The notes: generated by a model not told the origin, from the letters alone. Counted from the first letter of the stretch, positions 48,918 through 58,486 are shown. The stretch is 64,000 nt of DNA from Patescibacteria group bacterium (GCA_041737595.1 JBGSRK010000009.1:56360-120359), one strand, 5' to 3'. A program made the numbers and translations.

Positions 48918-50810
48918 ATGACAAAAATAATCGATTTTTTAGATAAAATAAAAAATAAAAAAAATTGGGTCCTTTTCATAAAAAGTAATTATCTGTATAT
49001 ATTTTTTGTTATTAGTTTCACTATAAAGCAAATATTTTTTACAAGAGAAATTAATGGATATTTTTTACCTTTTCCTGAAATATTATTAAATATATTATTT
49101 TATTTTGTTTTAGCAGCCTTACTTTTTATCCCGGTAATTTTTTCTAAACGCAAATTGATTGTTTCGATTATTTTAGCTATTTTGTTTACAACAATTATAA
49201 TTTTTGATTTAACATACTTTCATTTTTTTCATTCTTTACCTTCTGTAGCTATCTTTAGTTTAATCGGGAATGTTGATGATGTTGGGCCAGCTGTTATAAA
49301 TGTTTTTAACTTATACGATTTAATCTATCTAATAGATATATTTATCGCGATATTATTATTTAAAAAAATAAAAAGTGAATTTAAGGTCGAAAAAAGACAT
49401 CTTTTATATGGTTCTGTTTTTTTTATGTTTATAATACTTTCGAATATTTTATTTTTTGGGCTAGACCACGCTTTTGTAGAAAGAACTATTACAAGAATTT
49501 ATGATAATCGGCTAGTTGCAGAAAGATATGGGTTTTTTGGATCTCACATATTTGATATTTATCGTAATGTTTCACAATCATTAAAAAAAATCTCACCCGA
49601 AGAAAAAACAGATGTTTTAGAATGGATAAATAATAATAGAAAAACAGAAGAAATTAACGATTTCACAGGAATTGCAAAAGGTAAGAATGTTATAGTAATC
49701 CAAGTAGAATCTTTGCAAAATTTTGTTATTGGAGAAAAGGCAGATGGGCAAGAAATAACTCCAAGTCTTAATAAACTACTTAAAGATAGTTATTATTTTG
49801 AAAATTATTTTTTCCAAATGGGAGCTGGGCATACATCTGATGTAGATTTTACTATAAATACTTCATATTACCCCTTAAAAGAGGCTGCGGTAACAGTAAG
49901 TTATGGAAAAGATAATTTTTCAGCTCTTCCAAAAGATTTAAAAGAAAATAATTATTCATCATATGCCTATCATGGTTATAATCGTAATTTTTGGAACAGA
50001 GATACATTTTTCCGATCTATGGGCTATGATAAATATATTGCGCGTGAGGGCTATCCAGATGGACCAATAGTAAATATGGGCTTAAATGATGAAACCTTTC
50101 TAAGAAAAACTGCCGAATATATAAAAGAACAGCCAAAACCTTCATTCAGCTATGTTATTACTCTTTCAAATCATAATCCTTTCCACTTGGAAAATGTCGA
50201 AAAAAGTATAAATCTTGATTCTTCTAAATACCCAGAAATGGTATACGGTTATCTAGAAAATGTAAATTATTCAGATCGCACCCTTGGAATATTTTTTGAA
50301 CTTCTAAAAAAAGAGGGTCTTTATGACGATTCATTAATTGTGCTCTATGGTGATCATATGTCAAAAATTGAACCATTTGAAGTTGATAACTTAAAATATG
50401 ATAGAGATTCGGCCCCAAAATATAAAGGAGTTCCATTATTTATTAAATTACCTATGCAAAATGAAGGAAAGATTATTAAAAGTGTTTCAAGCCACATTGA
50501 TATAAAGCCCACAATATTGAATTTACTTGGGATTAAAACTAAAAGCTTTATGTTTGGTTCTGATTTATTCTCAAACGTTAAAAAATTCTTCGGTTCTGTT
50601 TCATACTATGACGATAAGACAATTGTTACAGATGATAAAATTTATAGATATACTAACCCAGATTTATTAATATGCAAAGAGTGGTCCAAAGGAGATATAT
50701 CTCAAAAAGATGAGGATTGCCAAGATATAATAGAAAGAGATAAAATAGAACAAGAAATTTCAGAAAAAATTATTAGATATAATCTTTTTGATGAGGTTAA
50801 CACTAAATAA
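48918..50810 (+). CDS. LTA synthase (LtaS) family protein
   Basis: Five TM helices, KGKNVIVIQVES, GHTSD, FWNR, TLSNHNPF, YGDH. Confidence 0.9.
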   Translation: MTKIIDFLDKIKNKKNWVLFIKSNYLYIFFVISFTIKQIFFTREINGYFLPFPEILLNILFYFVLAALLFIPVIFSKRKLIVSIILAILFTTIIIFDLTYFHFFHSLPSVAIFSLIGNVDDVGPAVINVFNLYDLIYLIDIFIAILLFKKIKSEFKVEKRHLLYGSVFFMFIILSNILFFGLDHAFVERTITRIYDNRLVAERYGFFGSHIFDIYRNVSQSLKKISPEEKTDVLEWINNNRKTEEINDFTGIAKGKNVIVIQVESLQNFVIGEKADGQEITPSLNKLLKDSYYFENYFFQMGAGHTSDVDFTINTSYYPLKEAAVTVSYGKDNFSALPKDLKENNYSSYAYHGYNRNFWNRDTFFRSMGYDKYIAREGYPDGPIVNMGLNDETFLRKTAEYIKEQPKPSFSYVITLSNHNPFHLENVEKSINLDSSKYPEMVYGYLENVNYSDRTLGIFFELLKKEGLYDDSLIVLYGDHMSKIEPFEVDNLKYDRDSAPKYKGVPLFIKLPMQNEGKIIKSVSSHIDIKPTILNLLGIKTKSFMFGSDLFSNVKKFFGSVSYYDDKTIVTDDKIYRYTNPDLLICKEWSKGDISQKDEDCQDIIERDKIEQEISEKIIRYNLFDEVNTK

Positions 50811-50880
50811 ACTATTTGCACAATAACTTAATTAACTTTATTATATATATAGAAACATAATTGGTTAGGAGGGATATTTA

Positions 50881-51909
50881 ATGGCCATAAAAGAAAAATC
50901 TGTTTTAGATGAAACAGATAAAGAAGAAGTAAAATCAGAAGATAAAAAAGAGTTAAAAACAAAAAAAGGAAAAAAGAAGTTTAAATTTACTCCGCTTACA
51001 TTAATTGTTATTGGGGTTTTAGTTTTAATAGGACTCGCAAACATCACTTATGGAGTAATGGTTTATAGTTATAATAACGAGAGTGCCATAATTAAAACCG
51101 CTTCAAGAGTCTTATTGTTCCCATCAGAAATTATTGAAGGTAAATATGTAACTGTGCATTCATATTTAAATCAGCTTGATATTCTAAAAAAATATTATGT
51201 TGAGTTTAAGAAAGTAGATTTTGCATCAGAAGATGGACAAAAAAAATTAGCAGAAATTAGAGTAGAGGTCCTTGATCGAATGGCAGAAGATGCAATTGTA
51301 GAAAAAGAAGCAGAAAGTCAACAGATTAAAATTGATTCAAACGATCTTAATGAAGAATATGACAAATTAATTGCCTCAAATGGAGGTCAGAAAAACTTTT
51401 CAGAAATACTAAAAAAATATTATGGTTTAACAATAGATGATTACAAAAAAGTATTTTTTGAACCAAAATTACTTCGTCAAAAATTAACTGATAAAATAAA
51501 TAGTGAAGAAGAAGAAACAGGAGTTGCAAAAAAGAAAGCTGAAGATCTTCTTACAAAAGCAAAAGCTGGTGAAGACTTCGCAAAACTAGCAACAGAATAT
51601 TCAGGTGACCCAGGTAGTGCAGCAAAAGGTGGTGATCTTGGTTATTTTGGAAAAGGTAAAATGGTACCTGAATTCGAAAAGGCTGCCTTTGATGCAAAAG
51701 TAGGAGATATCGTAGGCCCAGTAAAATCAGTTTATGGTTATCATATAATCAAAATTACTGACAAAAAAGGTGATGAAGTTAAAGCAAGCCATATTCTAAT
51801 TAAAACTCGTGATTTTAATGAATGGCTTTTAGAGAAAAAATCAGAAATTAAGCAAAAAAAATATCTTGGATTCTTCCCGGCCTACTGGATACTAATAAAA
51901 ACAGATTAA
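50881..51909 (+). CDS. PrsA/SurA-like parvulin peptidyl-prolyl isomerase
   Basis: DFAKLATEYSGDPGS..GGDLG, MVPEFEKAAF, YGYHII. Confidence 0.9.
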   Translation: MAIKEKSVLDETDKEEVKSEDKKELKTKKGKKKFKFTPLTLIVIGVLVLIGLANITYGVMVYSYNNESAIIKTASRVLLFPSEIIEGKYVTVHSYLNQLDILKKYYVEFKKVDFASEDGQKKLAEIRVEVLDRMAEDAIVEKEAESQQIKIDSNDLNEEYDKLIASNGGQKNFSEILKKYYGLTIDDYKKVFFEPKLLRQKLTDKINSEEEETGVAKKKAEDLLTKAKAGEDFAKLATEYSGDPGSAAKGGDLGYFGKGKMVPEFEKAAFDAKVGDIVGPVKSVYGYHIIKITDKKGDEVKASHILIKTRDFNEWLLEKKSEIKQKKYLGFFPAYWILIKTD

Positions 51910-51911
51910 CT

Positions 51912-51939
51912 AAAAAGCCCGCAAATAAGCGGGCTTTTT
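51912..51939. terminator. bidirectional intrinsic terminator
   Basis: AAAAGCCCGC-AAATAA-GCGGGCTTTTT. Confidence 0.75.
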
Positions 51940-51976
51940 CAAATTCGAATTATTTGTTAAAATAATCTCGTTATGC

Positions 51977-52050
51977 GCGGGTATAGTTTAGTGGTAAAAC
52001 GCGACCTTCCCAAGGTTGAGATACGGGTTCGATTCCCGTTACCCGCTCCA
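51977..52050 (+). tRNA. tRNA-Gly(CCC)
   Basis: GCGGGTA/TACCCGC, CGACC-TTCCCAA-GGTTG, TCCA end. Confidence 0.96.
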
Positions 52051-52222
52051 TCGTCCAAACAAACTATCACACTACGCAACTTAAAAAATTGGCTCCGCGT
52101 TTTCGTTGTTTCTCCTTGGCAAACAAAATCGACAGATTTTGTTTGGGATTAGAAGGAGGAATCGCGAAAAGATAAAGACGGCCTACATCGGCTCATCTAA
52201 ATCTAGAAACGAATTCCGTCGG
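52051..52222. repeat. two tRNA-abutting arms (arm 6 inverted, arm 3 forward) sharing one central palindrome
   Basis: CAAACAAAATC-GACA-GATTTTGTTTG at 52120-52145; spacer starts TCGTC and ends TTCC-GTCGG. Confidence 0.75.
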
Positions 52223-52388
52223 GCCGATGTAGCTCAGGGGCTCAATTGTTGCAGTCCCACACTTATGCCAGTGTAACTCAGTGGTAGAGTAACTCTTTCG
52301 TAAAGAGTAAGTCGTGGGTTCGATCCCCACCGCTGGCTCCAGATAAGTGTGGGATTGGTCGGTGGTTCGAATCCACCCATCGGCTCCA
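52223..52388 (+). ncRNA. tRNA-shaped shell with acceptor stem, T arm and CCA but no anticodon loop, enclosing tRNA-Thr
   Basis: GCCGATG-TAGCTCAG...GGTC-GGTGG-TTCGAAT-CCACC-CATCGGC-TCCA; 15-bp stem 52252-52266/52343-52357. Confidence 0.8.
52267..52341 (+). tRNA. tRNA-Thr(CGT), nested
   Basis: GCCAGTG/CGCTGGC, ACTC/GAGT D stem, ACTCT-TTCGTAA-AGAGT, GTGGG-TTCGATC-CCCAC, TCCA. Confidence 0.95.
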
Positions 52389-52459
52389 TATTTAGCAGAA
52401 TTCATAAATACAGTTGATATTTAGGCTCAAATCTGCTAAAATAGGCCCAGAGGTAATAA

Positions 52460-52729
52460 ATGGCATTAAAAAAAGAAGACAAAGAAAAAGTAATTAAAGA
52501 TTTAAAAACTGGGAAAAATGATACAGGTTCTCCAGAAGTTCAGGTTGGAATTTTTACGGAACAAATCAAAAAACTTACTGATCACCTTAAAGGTCATAAA
52601 AAAGACGAACATTCTCGTCGTGGTCTTCTTAAAATGGTTGGTAAAAGAAGAAGGCTCCTAGATTATTTACGCCATAAAGATGAAAATAGATATGACACTA
52701 TTATTAAAAAATTAGGTTTAAGAAAATAA
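52460..52729 (+). CDS. rpsO: 30S ribosomal protein S15
   Basis: [31 protein letters not shown]. Confidence 0.99.
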   Translation: MALKKEDKEKVIKDLKTGKNDTGSPEVQVGIFTEQIKKLTDHLKGHKKDEHSRRGLLKMVGKRRRLLDYLRHKDENRYDTIIKKLGLRK

Positions 52730-52757
52730 TGGGTCTTTAAAAAATAATTATTAAAAC

Positions 52758-52805
52758 TTGGGAGACAGAGCAGGAAGTGGTCAAACTTCTCACCCTGTCC
52801 CTCAA
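52758..52805 (+). promoter_or_regulatory. long stem-loop in the pnp leader (possible RNase III/autoregulation site)
   Basis: TTGGGAGACAG..GAAGT-GGTCAA-ACTTC..CTGTCCCTCAA; position matches known rpsO-pnp leader hairpins. Confidence 0.5.
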
Positions 52806-52837
52806 AGCGGGATATGACCTCTTTCGGAAAGGTATTT

Positions 52838-54931
52838 ATGAATACTAAATTAGGCGAATTATCTGTTTCTCAAGAGATAGATGGAAAGACTTTTTGTATA
52901 GAAACTGGAAAATTGGCTAAGAATGCCTCTGGTTCAGCTGTTATTACTCATGGCGAGACTATTGTCATGGCCAATGTTGTTGCATCAAGTAAACAAGATG
53001 AAACAAGAGATTATTTCCCACTCTCAGTAGATTTTGAAGATAAATGGTATGCCACAGGGAGATTATCTGGTTCACGTTTCATAAAAAGAGAAGGTAGACC
53101 TTCAGAACTTGCTGTATTACGTTCAAGAATGATTGATCGGCCGATAAGACCAATGTTCCCAAAAGGTTATATGAATGAACTACAAATAATCGTTTCACCT
53201 CTTTCACTCGATTTAGAAACTGACCCAGTTGTCATGGGAATTAATGCCGCATCTGCTGCACTTATGATGAGCGGAGCTCCATTTGAAGGGCCATTAGGAG
53301 CCGTGAGAATGATAAAAATTGATGGAAAAGTAAAATCAAACCCTACATACAAAGAAATGGAAGAAGCCGAAGCAGATCTTCTTATTGTTGGGACAAAAGA
53401 TGCCATTACAATGATTGAAACAGAAGCAAAAGAACTTCCAGAAGAAGAATTTGTTGCAATGTTAGATGAGGCACACAAGATAATTAAAGAAAATATTACT
53501 CTTCAGGAAAAATTACTCGAACAAGTTAAGGTTAAAAAAGTTGAATTCAAACTTTCAAAACCAGATGATGGAGCTTATGACGCTATCAAGTTATTTTTAA
53601 AGAGCAAATTAGGAGCCGCAATACGTCATGAAAGTAAAATGGCGCGTCAAGATCTTATTGCAACACTTGAGGATGAAGTAAGTGAAAAATTTGCTGAAGA
53701 ATTTGAAGCTAAAGATATACGAGAATCGTTTGATAAAGTAATTAAAGAAGACATCCGAAATTCTATCTTAGTAGAAGGCGTTAGACCAGATCATCGTAAA
53801 ATGGATGAAATTCGACCTTTATCAGCTGATGTCTCACTTCTTCCAAGAACACATGGTTCTGCCCTATTTAACAGAGGACTTACTCAAATATTATCCATAA
53901 CAACTCTAGCTTCACCTTCAAAGGCGCAATTAGTTGATTCAATGGATCAAGAATTTACAAAAACATTTATGCATCATTATAACGATTCCCCTTTCGCATA
54001 TGGCGAAGTTGGCCGTCTTGGGCCAGGGCGAAGAGCTATTGGTCATGGATTTTTAGCAGAAAAGGCAATCCTACCAGTTATGCCAAGCCATGATGATTTC
54101 CCATACACAATTCGTGTTGTTTCAGAAGCTCTCTCAGAAAATGGGTCTTCTTCAATGGGTTCAATCTGTGGAACATCGATGTCTTTAATGGATGCAGGTG
54201 TACCACTTAAAAAACATGTTGCTGGTATTGCTATGGGTGTAATAACTGAAGACGGGACTCTAAATAAAAAATATGAGATTCTAACTGATATTCAAGCAGC
54301 AGAAGATTTTGCTGGCGATATGGACTTTAAATGTGCAGGGACAGACCTTGGGATAACCGCTCTTCAATTAGATATGAAGATAAAGGGGATTACTCCGAAT
54401 TTCATCGGCGAAGTCTTAGAACGAGCAAAAAAAGCACGTTTAACTATTTTAGATCTAATGAATAAAACAATCTCAGAGCCTAACAAAGAGATGTCAAAAT
54501 ATGCTCCAAGACTAACAAGTATTAAAATTAATACTGAAAAAATTAGAACCGTTATTGGTAAAGGCGGAGAGATGATAAATAAAATTATCGCAGAAACTGG
54601 TGCAGAAATTGACATAGATGACGACGGAACTGTGGTTGTTGCTTCTGTCGATAGTGAAGGGGCTAAAAGAGCCATAGAATGGATTAAAGGGCTTACAGAT
54701 GACCCAGAAGTAGGTAGGGTTTATGACGGAAAAGTTGTGAAATTAATGGACTTTGGAGCGTTTGTTGAATTTATGCCAGGCCAAGAAGGTCTTGTTCATG
54801 TATCACAAATAGCCGACGAAAGAGTCGAAACGGTATCTGATTTTCTTAAAGAAGGACAGGAAGTAAAAGTAAAATTAATGGAAATAGATTCGCAGGGCAG
54901 AAAAAACCTTTCTATTAAAGCTGCAAAATAA
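52838..54931 (+). CDS. pnp: polyribonucleotide nucleotidyltransferase
   Basis: FIKREGRPS, RTHGSALF, NGSSSM, GDMDFK, KH and S1 domains; ATG 52838 after GAAAGGT. Confidence 0.98.
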   Translation: MNTKLGELSVSQEIDGKTFCIETGKLAKNASGSAVITHGETIVMANVVASSKQDETRDYFPLSVDFEDKWYATGRLSGSRFIKREGRPSELAVLRSRMIDRPIRPMFPKGYMNELQIIVSPLSLDLETDPVVMGINAASAALMMSGAPFEGPLGAVRMIKIDGKVKSNPTYKEMEEAEADLLIVGTKDAITMIETEAKELPEEEFVAMLDEAHKIIKENITLQEKLLEQVKVKKVEFKLSKPDDGAYDAIKLFLKSKLGAAIRHESKMARQDLIATLEDEVSEKFAEEFEAKDIRESFDKVIKEDIRNSILVEGVRPDHRKMDEIRPLSADVSLLPRTHGSALFNRGLTQILSITTLASPSKAQLVDSMDQEFTKTFMHHYNDSPFAYGEVGRLGPGRRAIGHGFLAEKAILPVMPSHDDFPYTIRVVSEALSENGSSSMGSICGTSMSLMDAGVPLKKHVAGIAMGVITEDGTLNKKYEILTDIQAAEDFAGDMDFKCAGTDLGITALQLDMKIKGITPNFIGEVLERAKKARLTILDLMNKTISEPNKEMSKYAPRLTSIKINTEKIRTVIGKGGEMINKIIAETGAEIDIDDDGTVVVASVDSEGAKRAIEWIKGLTDDPEVGRVYDGKVVKLMDFGAFVEFMPGQEGLVHVSQIADERVETVSDFLKEGQEVKVKLMEIDSQGRKNLSIKAAK

Positions 54932-54960
54932 TTACCAATATAATCGGAATAAAGTAATTT

Positions 54961-54992
54961 AAAAAAGAGACGTCCGCGGACGTCTCTTTTTT
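54961..54992. terminator. bidirectional intrinsic terminator after pnp
   Basis: AAAAAAGAGACGTC-CGCG-GACGTCTCTTTTTT. Confidence 0.85.
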
Positions 54993-55007
54993 TGCTATAC
55001 TATATAT

Positions 55008-55424
55008 ATGGATACAAAAGAAAACTCTTCAGAAATTGAAGGACCAACATTAGTTGAAAATATTGCTATTGGAATGATCAAGAATGGTCTTGATAGAGAT
55101 ACCATAAATACTGTCACGGTAGTTGTAAAAAGCGCCCTAAAAGAAACTGGAATTAATGGGCATGATTTTTATAAAAATTATCGTGCTGAAAAAATGAAAG
55201 ATTTGGAAAAACTTGGTCACATGGATATAACAAATTTAAATCAAGAAATTGTTAGTTCTCTTTTGAAAAAATACACTGATATAATTATTAATAAAATTAT
55301 GAGTAAACACCAAGATTTAAGTACAAATGAAGCTTTAAATTATTTTGGTCCGTTTATCCCTATTCTTGAAAATCACATATATAACATAATAGAAGCAGCC
55401 CAAAAAAAAGAATATAAAATTTAG
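55008..55424 (+). CDS. hypothetical protein
   Basis: 138-aa ORF with a leaderless-type promoter; no motif recognised. Confidence 0.6.
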   Translation: MDTKENSSEIEGPTLVENIAIGMIKNGLDRDTINTVTVVVKSALKETGINGHDFYKNYRAEKMKDLEKLGHMDITNLNQEIVSSLLKKYTDIIINKIMSKHQDLSTNEALNYFGPFIPILENHIYNIIEAAQKKEYKI

Positions 55425-55435
55425 TTAAGGACATT

Positions 55436-55831
55436 ATGAACGAAGGATTACACTATCAACCAACCCCTGAAAAAAAGAGAGTTGCACCCGTGCAGGGCGA
55501 GTTATTGAGGTTAGATGGCTCAAGACCATTTGAAATAACAAGAGAAACACTCGCGAAAGGGGGCGAAACTTTTTATTTAGGTAGCGAAGCAAGAATTACT
55601 ATCCAATATGATAAAAAAAGCCCGAGTGGTCTTACTATTTATAGCCCTTTTGCGAGCGAAAAATATACAGATATAAAGTCCGGCTTAAATTGGGTTGGTA
55701 AAAGCCAAAGTTGTGATGTAATAATTGATTCTGAAGAAGTATCTGATTTCCATTTATCAATTCGATTTGAGCCTGATGTAATTTATGTTGATGATAACGA
55801 ATCAGAACATGGAACTCGTGTTGAATTATGA
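55436..55831 (+). CDS. FHA-domain-like protein
   Basis: VGKSQSCDVII...VSDFHL...DNESEHGT resembles FHA GR..CD..VSRxH..SxNGT. Confidence 0.7.
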   Translation: MNEGLHYQPTPEKKRVAPVQGELLRLDGSRPFEITRETLAKGGETFYLGSEARITIQYDKKSPSGLTIYSPFASEKYTDIKSGLNWVGKSQSCDVIIDSEEVSDFHLSIRFEPDVIYVDDNESEHGTRVEL

Positions 55832-56313
55832 AGATAGCTATTATTTCAGACGTCCATGACAATATTGAAAGATTTTCAGAAATTGTTGAAACGGTAAAAA
55901 TTGAGAAAATATCTAATTGTATCTGTTGTGGAGACATAACTTCAATCAACACTTTAGATATTATTTCTAACACATTTAAAAAAATATTTTTAGCTTTTGG
56001 AAATGCAGATTATGATATTAAGATGAAAATTGAACTCATCCCAGAAAATATTAAATGGGACGAAAATTTATTAGAATTTGAAATTGATAAATTAAAATGT
56101 GCCACAATCCATAATACTTGGACAGCGAAAAAAATTGCTGAAAGTGAAAAATACGATTTCATATTTTCGGGTCATTCACATACTCCGTGGGCTGAAAAAA
56201 TTGGAAAAACTACTATTATTAACCCAGGTGAGGTATGTGGCCGGGAAGGCAAACCATCATTTGCGATATTTGATACTAAAACTAAAAAAGCAAAACTAAT
56301 ACTATTAAAATAA
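55828..56313 (+). CDS. YfcE-like metallophosphoesterase
   Basis: ISDVHDN, CGD, GNAD, GHSH, NPG. Confidence 0.9.
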   Translation: MKIAIISDVHDNIERFSEIVETVKIEKISNCICCGDITSINTLDIISNTFKKIFLAFGNADYDIKMKIELIPENIKWDENLLEFEIDKLKCATIHNTWTAKKIAESEKYDFIFSGHSHTPWAEKIGKTTIINPGEVCGREGKPSFAIFDTKTKKAKLILLK

Positions 56314-56780
56314 TGTTTAAAGAAATAGAAAGAAAATATTTAATTAAGAATATTCCGAAAGATTATAAAAACTTTCCTTCTGTTGAAATTGAACAGTACT
56401 ATCTTGCTCCTAAAAATATTACTCTAAGATTAAGAAAAATATCATCGGAAAAAGATAAATATTACCTTACATTTAAATATGGAAAAGGTATAGTCAGAAC
56501 AGAAATAGAACCACAAATATCTAAATATTTATATATATTTTTAGTAAAATATTTTGCTATTTCCGTAATTCGAAAGACCAGGTATATAATACCAATGAGT
56601 AACTACACAATTGAGCTAGATATATATAAAGGGAAGGTAAATAGGCTAATTACCGCTGAAGTAGAATTCAAAAGCCTAGAAAATTATGAAACATTTACAC
56701 CTCCAAAATGGTTTCGCAAAGATGTTTCATTAGATCCGAAATACAAAAACAAAATGCTAGCAGAAAAATTAAAAAAATAA
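56313..56780 (+). CDS. CYTH domain protein
   Basis: EIERKYL, RTEIE, KTRY, AEVEF. Confidence 0.9.
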   Translation: MFKEIERKYLIKNIPKDYKNFPSVEIEQYYLAPKNITLRLRKISSEKDKYYLTFKYGKGIVRTEIEPQISKYLYIFLVKYFAISVIRKTRYIIPMSNYTIELDIYKGKVNRLITAEVEFKSLENYETFTPPKWFRKDVSLDPKYKNKMLAEKLKK

Positions 56781-56829
56781 TTGACAACATTTGTTTAAGT
56801 CTGCTATTATGTGTCTAGGAGACGCAAAG
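56781..56829 (+). promoter_or_regulatory. sigma70 promoter plus NrtR-type operator
   Basis: TTGACA-18 nt-TATTAT; palindrome TGTGTCT-AGG-AGACGCA containing GT-N7-AC at 56813-56823. Confidence 0.7.
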
Positions 56830-56830
56830 T

Positions 56831-57508
56831 ATGAAACTAAATAATCCTAAATATAAAGATCAAGGAATACATGTTGATATTGTCGTCTTTACAGTGGATG
56901 AAGGAATAGTAAAAACTCTTCTCGTTAAAAGAGCAAAAAGTCAGTTTATTGGTGAATGGATTATCCCTGGAGGCGCAGTTTATAATAATGAATCACTTGA
57001 TGGGGCTGCAAAAAGAGAACTATTTGAAAAAACTGGTATTAAAGACATTTATCTTGAACAATATTATACTTTTGGGGACCCTAAAAGAGATCCAAGAAAA
57101 AGAATGGTTTCTGTTTCATATATCGCACTTTTAGATTCCAAAAAAATATCTGTTTTAACTAAAACTAAAAAAACAACTGATTCTGGTTGGTTTGATATAA
57201 CAAAAATTCCAAAGTTAGCCTTTGACCATAATCAAATATTAAAATTGGCTATAAAAAAATTAAAAAAACTCATAACCGATTCAAATATTGCTTATTCTTT
57301 GTTTCCTAATCAATTTACATTACCCGAACTTCAGTCAACGTATGAAATTATTCTTGGTAAAAAACTTGATCGAAGAAACTTTCGAAGAAAGTTTTTAACA
57401 CTCGGGATAATTGAACAAACAGGAAAGTACGAATCAGGAGAACCTAATAGACCTGCAAAATATTACCGATTTATTAACAAGAGATTTCAGGAGATTGATA
57501 TTTTTTAA
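56831..57508 (+). CDS. nrtR: NrtR-family Nudix transcriptional regulator
   Basis: Nudix IPGG...AAKRELFEKTG, RDPR, LAFDH, wHTH FTLPELQ..YE..LDRRNFRRK..RPA. Confidence 0.9.
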   Translation: MKLNNPKYKDQGIHVDIVVFTVDEGIVKTLLVKRAKSQFIGEWIIPGGAVYNNESLDGAAKRELFEKTGIKDIYLEQYYTFGDPKRDPRKRMVSVSYIALLDSKKISVLTKTKKTTDSGWFDITKIPKLAFDHNQILKLAIKKLKKLITDSNIAYSLFPNQFTLPELQSTYEIILGKKLDRRNFRRKFLTLGIIEQTGKYESGEPNRPAKYYRFINKRFQEIDIF

Positions 57509-57534
57509 TTTTTTTAAAAGGAGTTTGTGTCGAA

Positions 57535-58032
57535 ATGACAGCAAACAAAGTAAAGCGCATTATTGTGGAGGGGCCAGATTGCTCTGGAAAGAGCACCTTA
57601 GTTGAAAGATTAAAAAATGAATTACATTGGGACTCAAAATCACTGCACCATATTCCAGGAAATCAGTTTTCACGTTATCTTAAGGAGTATGCCAATCAAG
57701 AAAAAATTGTCTTTGATCGTTCTCACTTTTCTGAAAATGTTTATGCAAAAATGTGGCGAGGCGGGAGTCCATTTTCTTGCGAAGAAAAATTCTTACTAGA
57801 TAAAATTTCAAAACACGAAGCAATTATAATTTTTTCGATACCAAAAAAATCAACTTTAATAAAAAGATATATGGAAAGAAATTTTAAACAACAAATATCA
57901 CTTTCTGATCTTAAGCGTTCATACTTATATTTTTTGAGAGAAATTGGGGCTGCAGAAGCTATTACTTATAGATCAGAAAGCTATGAAGAACTGGATACAT
58001 TAATCAAAAAAATTAAAAGGGAGGTTAAATGA
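57535..58032 (+). CDS. P-loop nucleoside monophosphate kinase-like protein
   Basis: IIVEGPDCSGKST, VFDRSHFSE.VY (thymidylate kinase-like). Confidence 0.8.
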   Translation: MTANKVKRIIVEGPDCSGKSTLVERLKNELHWDSKSLHHIPGNQFSRYLKEYANQEKIVFDRSHFSENVYAKMWRGGSPFSCEEKFLLDKISKHEAIIIFSIPKKSTLIKRYMERNFKQQISLSDLKRSYLYFLREIGAAEAITYRSESYEELDTLIKKIKREVK

Positions 58033-58485
58033 AATTTTATCTTGCTGGCCCCGTAGGTTATGGTAACCCCGGGATCGAGTGGAAGCTAGAAATCAAAAAT
58101 TATTTAAGAAGAGCTGGCCATAATGTTTATGATCCAATTGAGAACGACTCAAATTATCCTAAAGTAACAAGATTAAATGAAATAAAAAAAATCTCCAAAA
58201 AAAAATTGGAGAGAAATAAAAAATATCATGCAAGGAATATTTAAAGATGATTGTAATTATATTCGAAACTGCGATTATGTTATTTGTTACTTTTCTGGGC
58301 GCTCACTTGGGACAGCGGCAGAACAAACTCTAGCTTATTTTTTGAATATTTATTCTAAAAAAAGAATTAAAACTATAACTATTTTCGACGAAAATTTTAA
58401 ACCGGATGAATGGACTATATATTGTTCAGATTATGTATTTTTTTCTATCAATGAGTGCTTAAAAAAATTAAAAAAGGAGTTTTAA
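58029..58485 (+). pseudogene. nucleoside 2-deoxyribosyltransferase-like protein split by a frameshift
   Basis: KFYLAGP..VYDP (58029-58244) and D..IRNCDYVI..SLGTAAE (58228-58485) join if one A is removed from the A runs at 58184-58205. Confidence 0.75.
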
Positions 58486-58486
58486 A

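Noticed and set aside
52223-52388. tmRNA or intron-containing tRNA as an explanation for the outer shell
   Set aside because: No G3-U70 alanine identity pair and no tag ORF; the insert is itself a full tRNA, lacks group I/II intron core elements, and its removal does not yield a 7-nt anticodon loop
45164-52405. ORFs at 45164-45511, 45282-45521, 45514-45738 and 52193-52405
   Set aside because: They are antisense translations of tRNAs and their structured spacers
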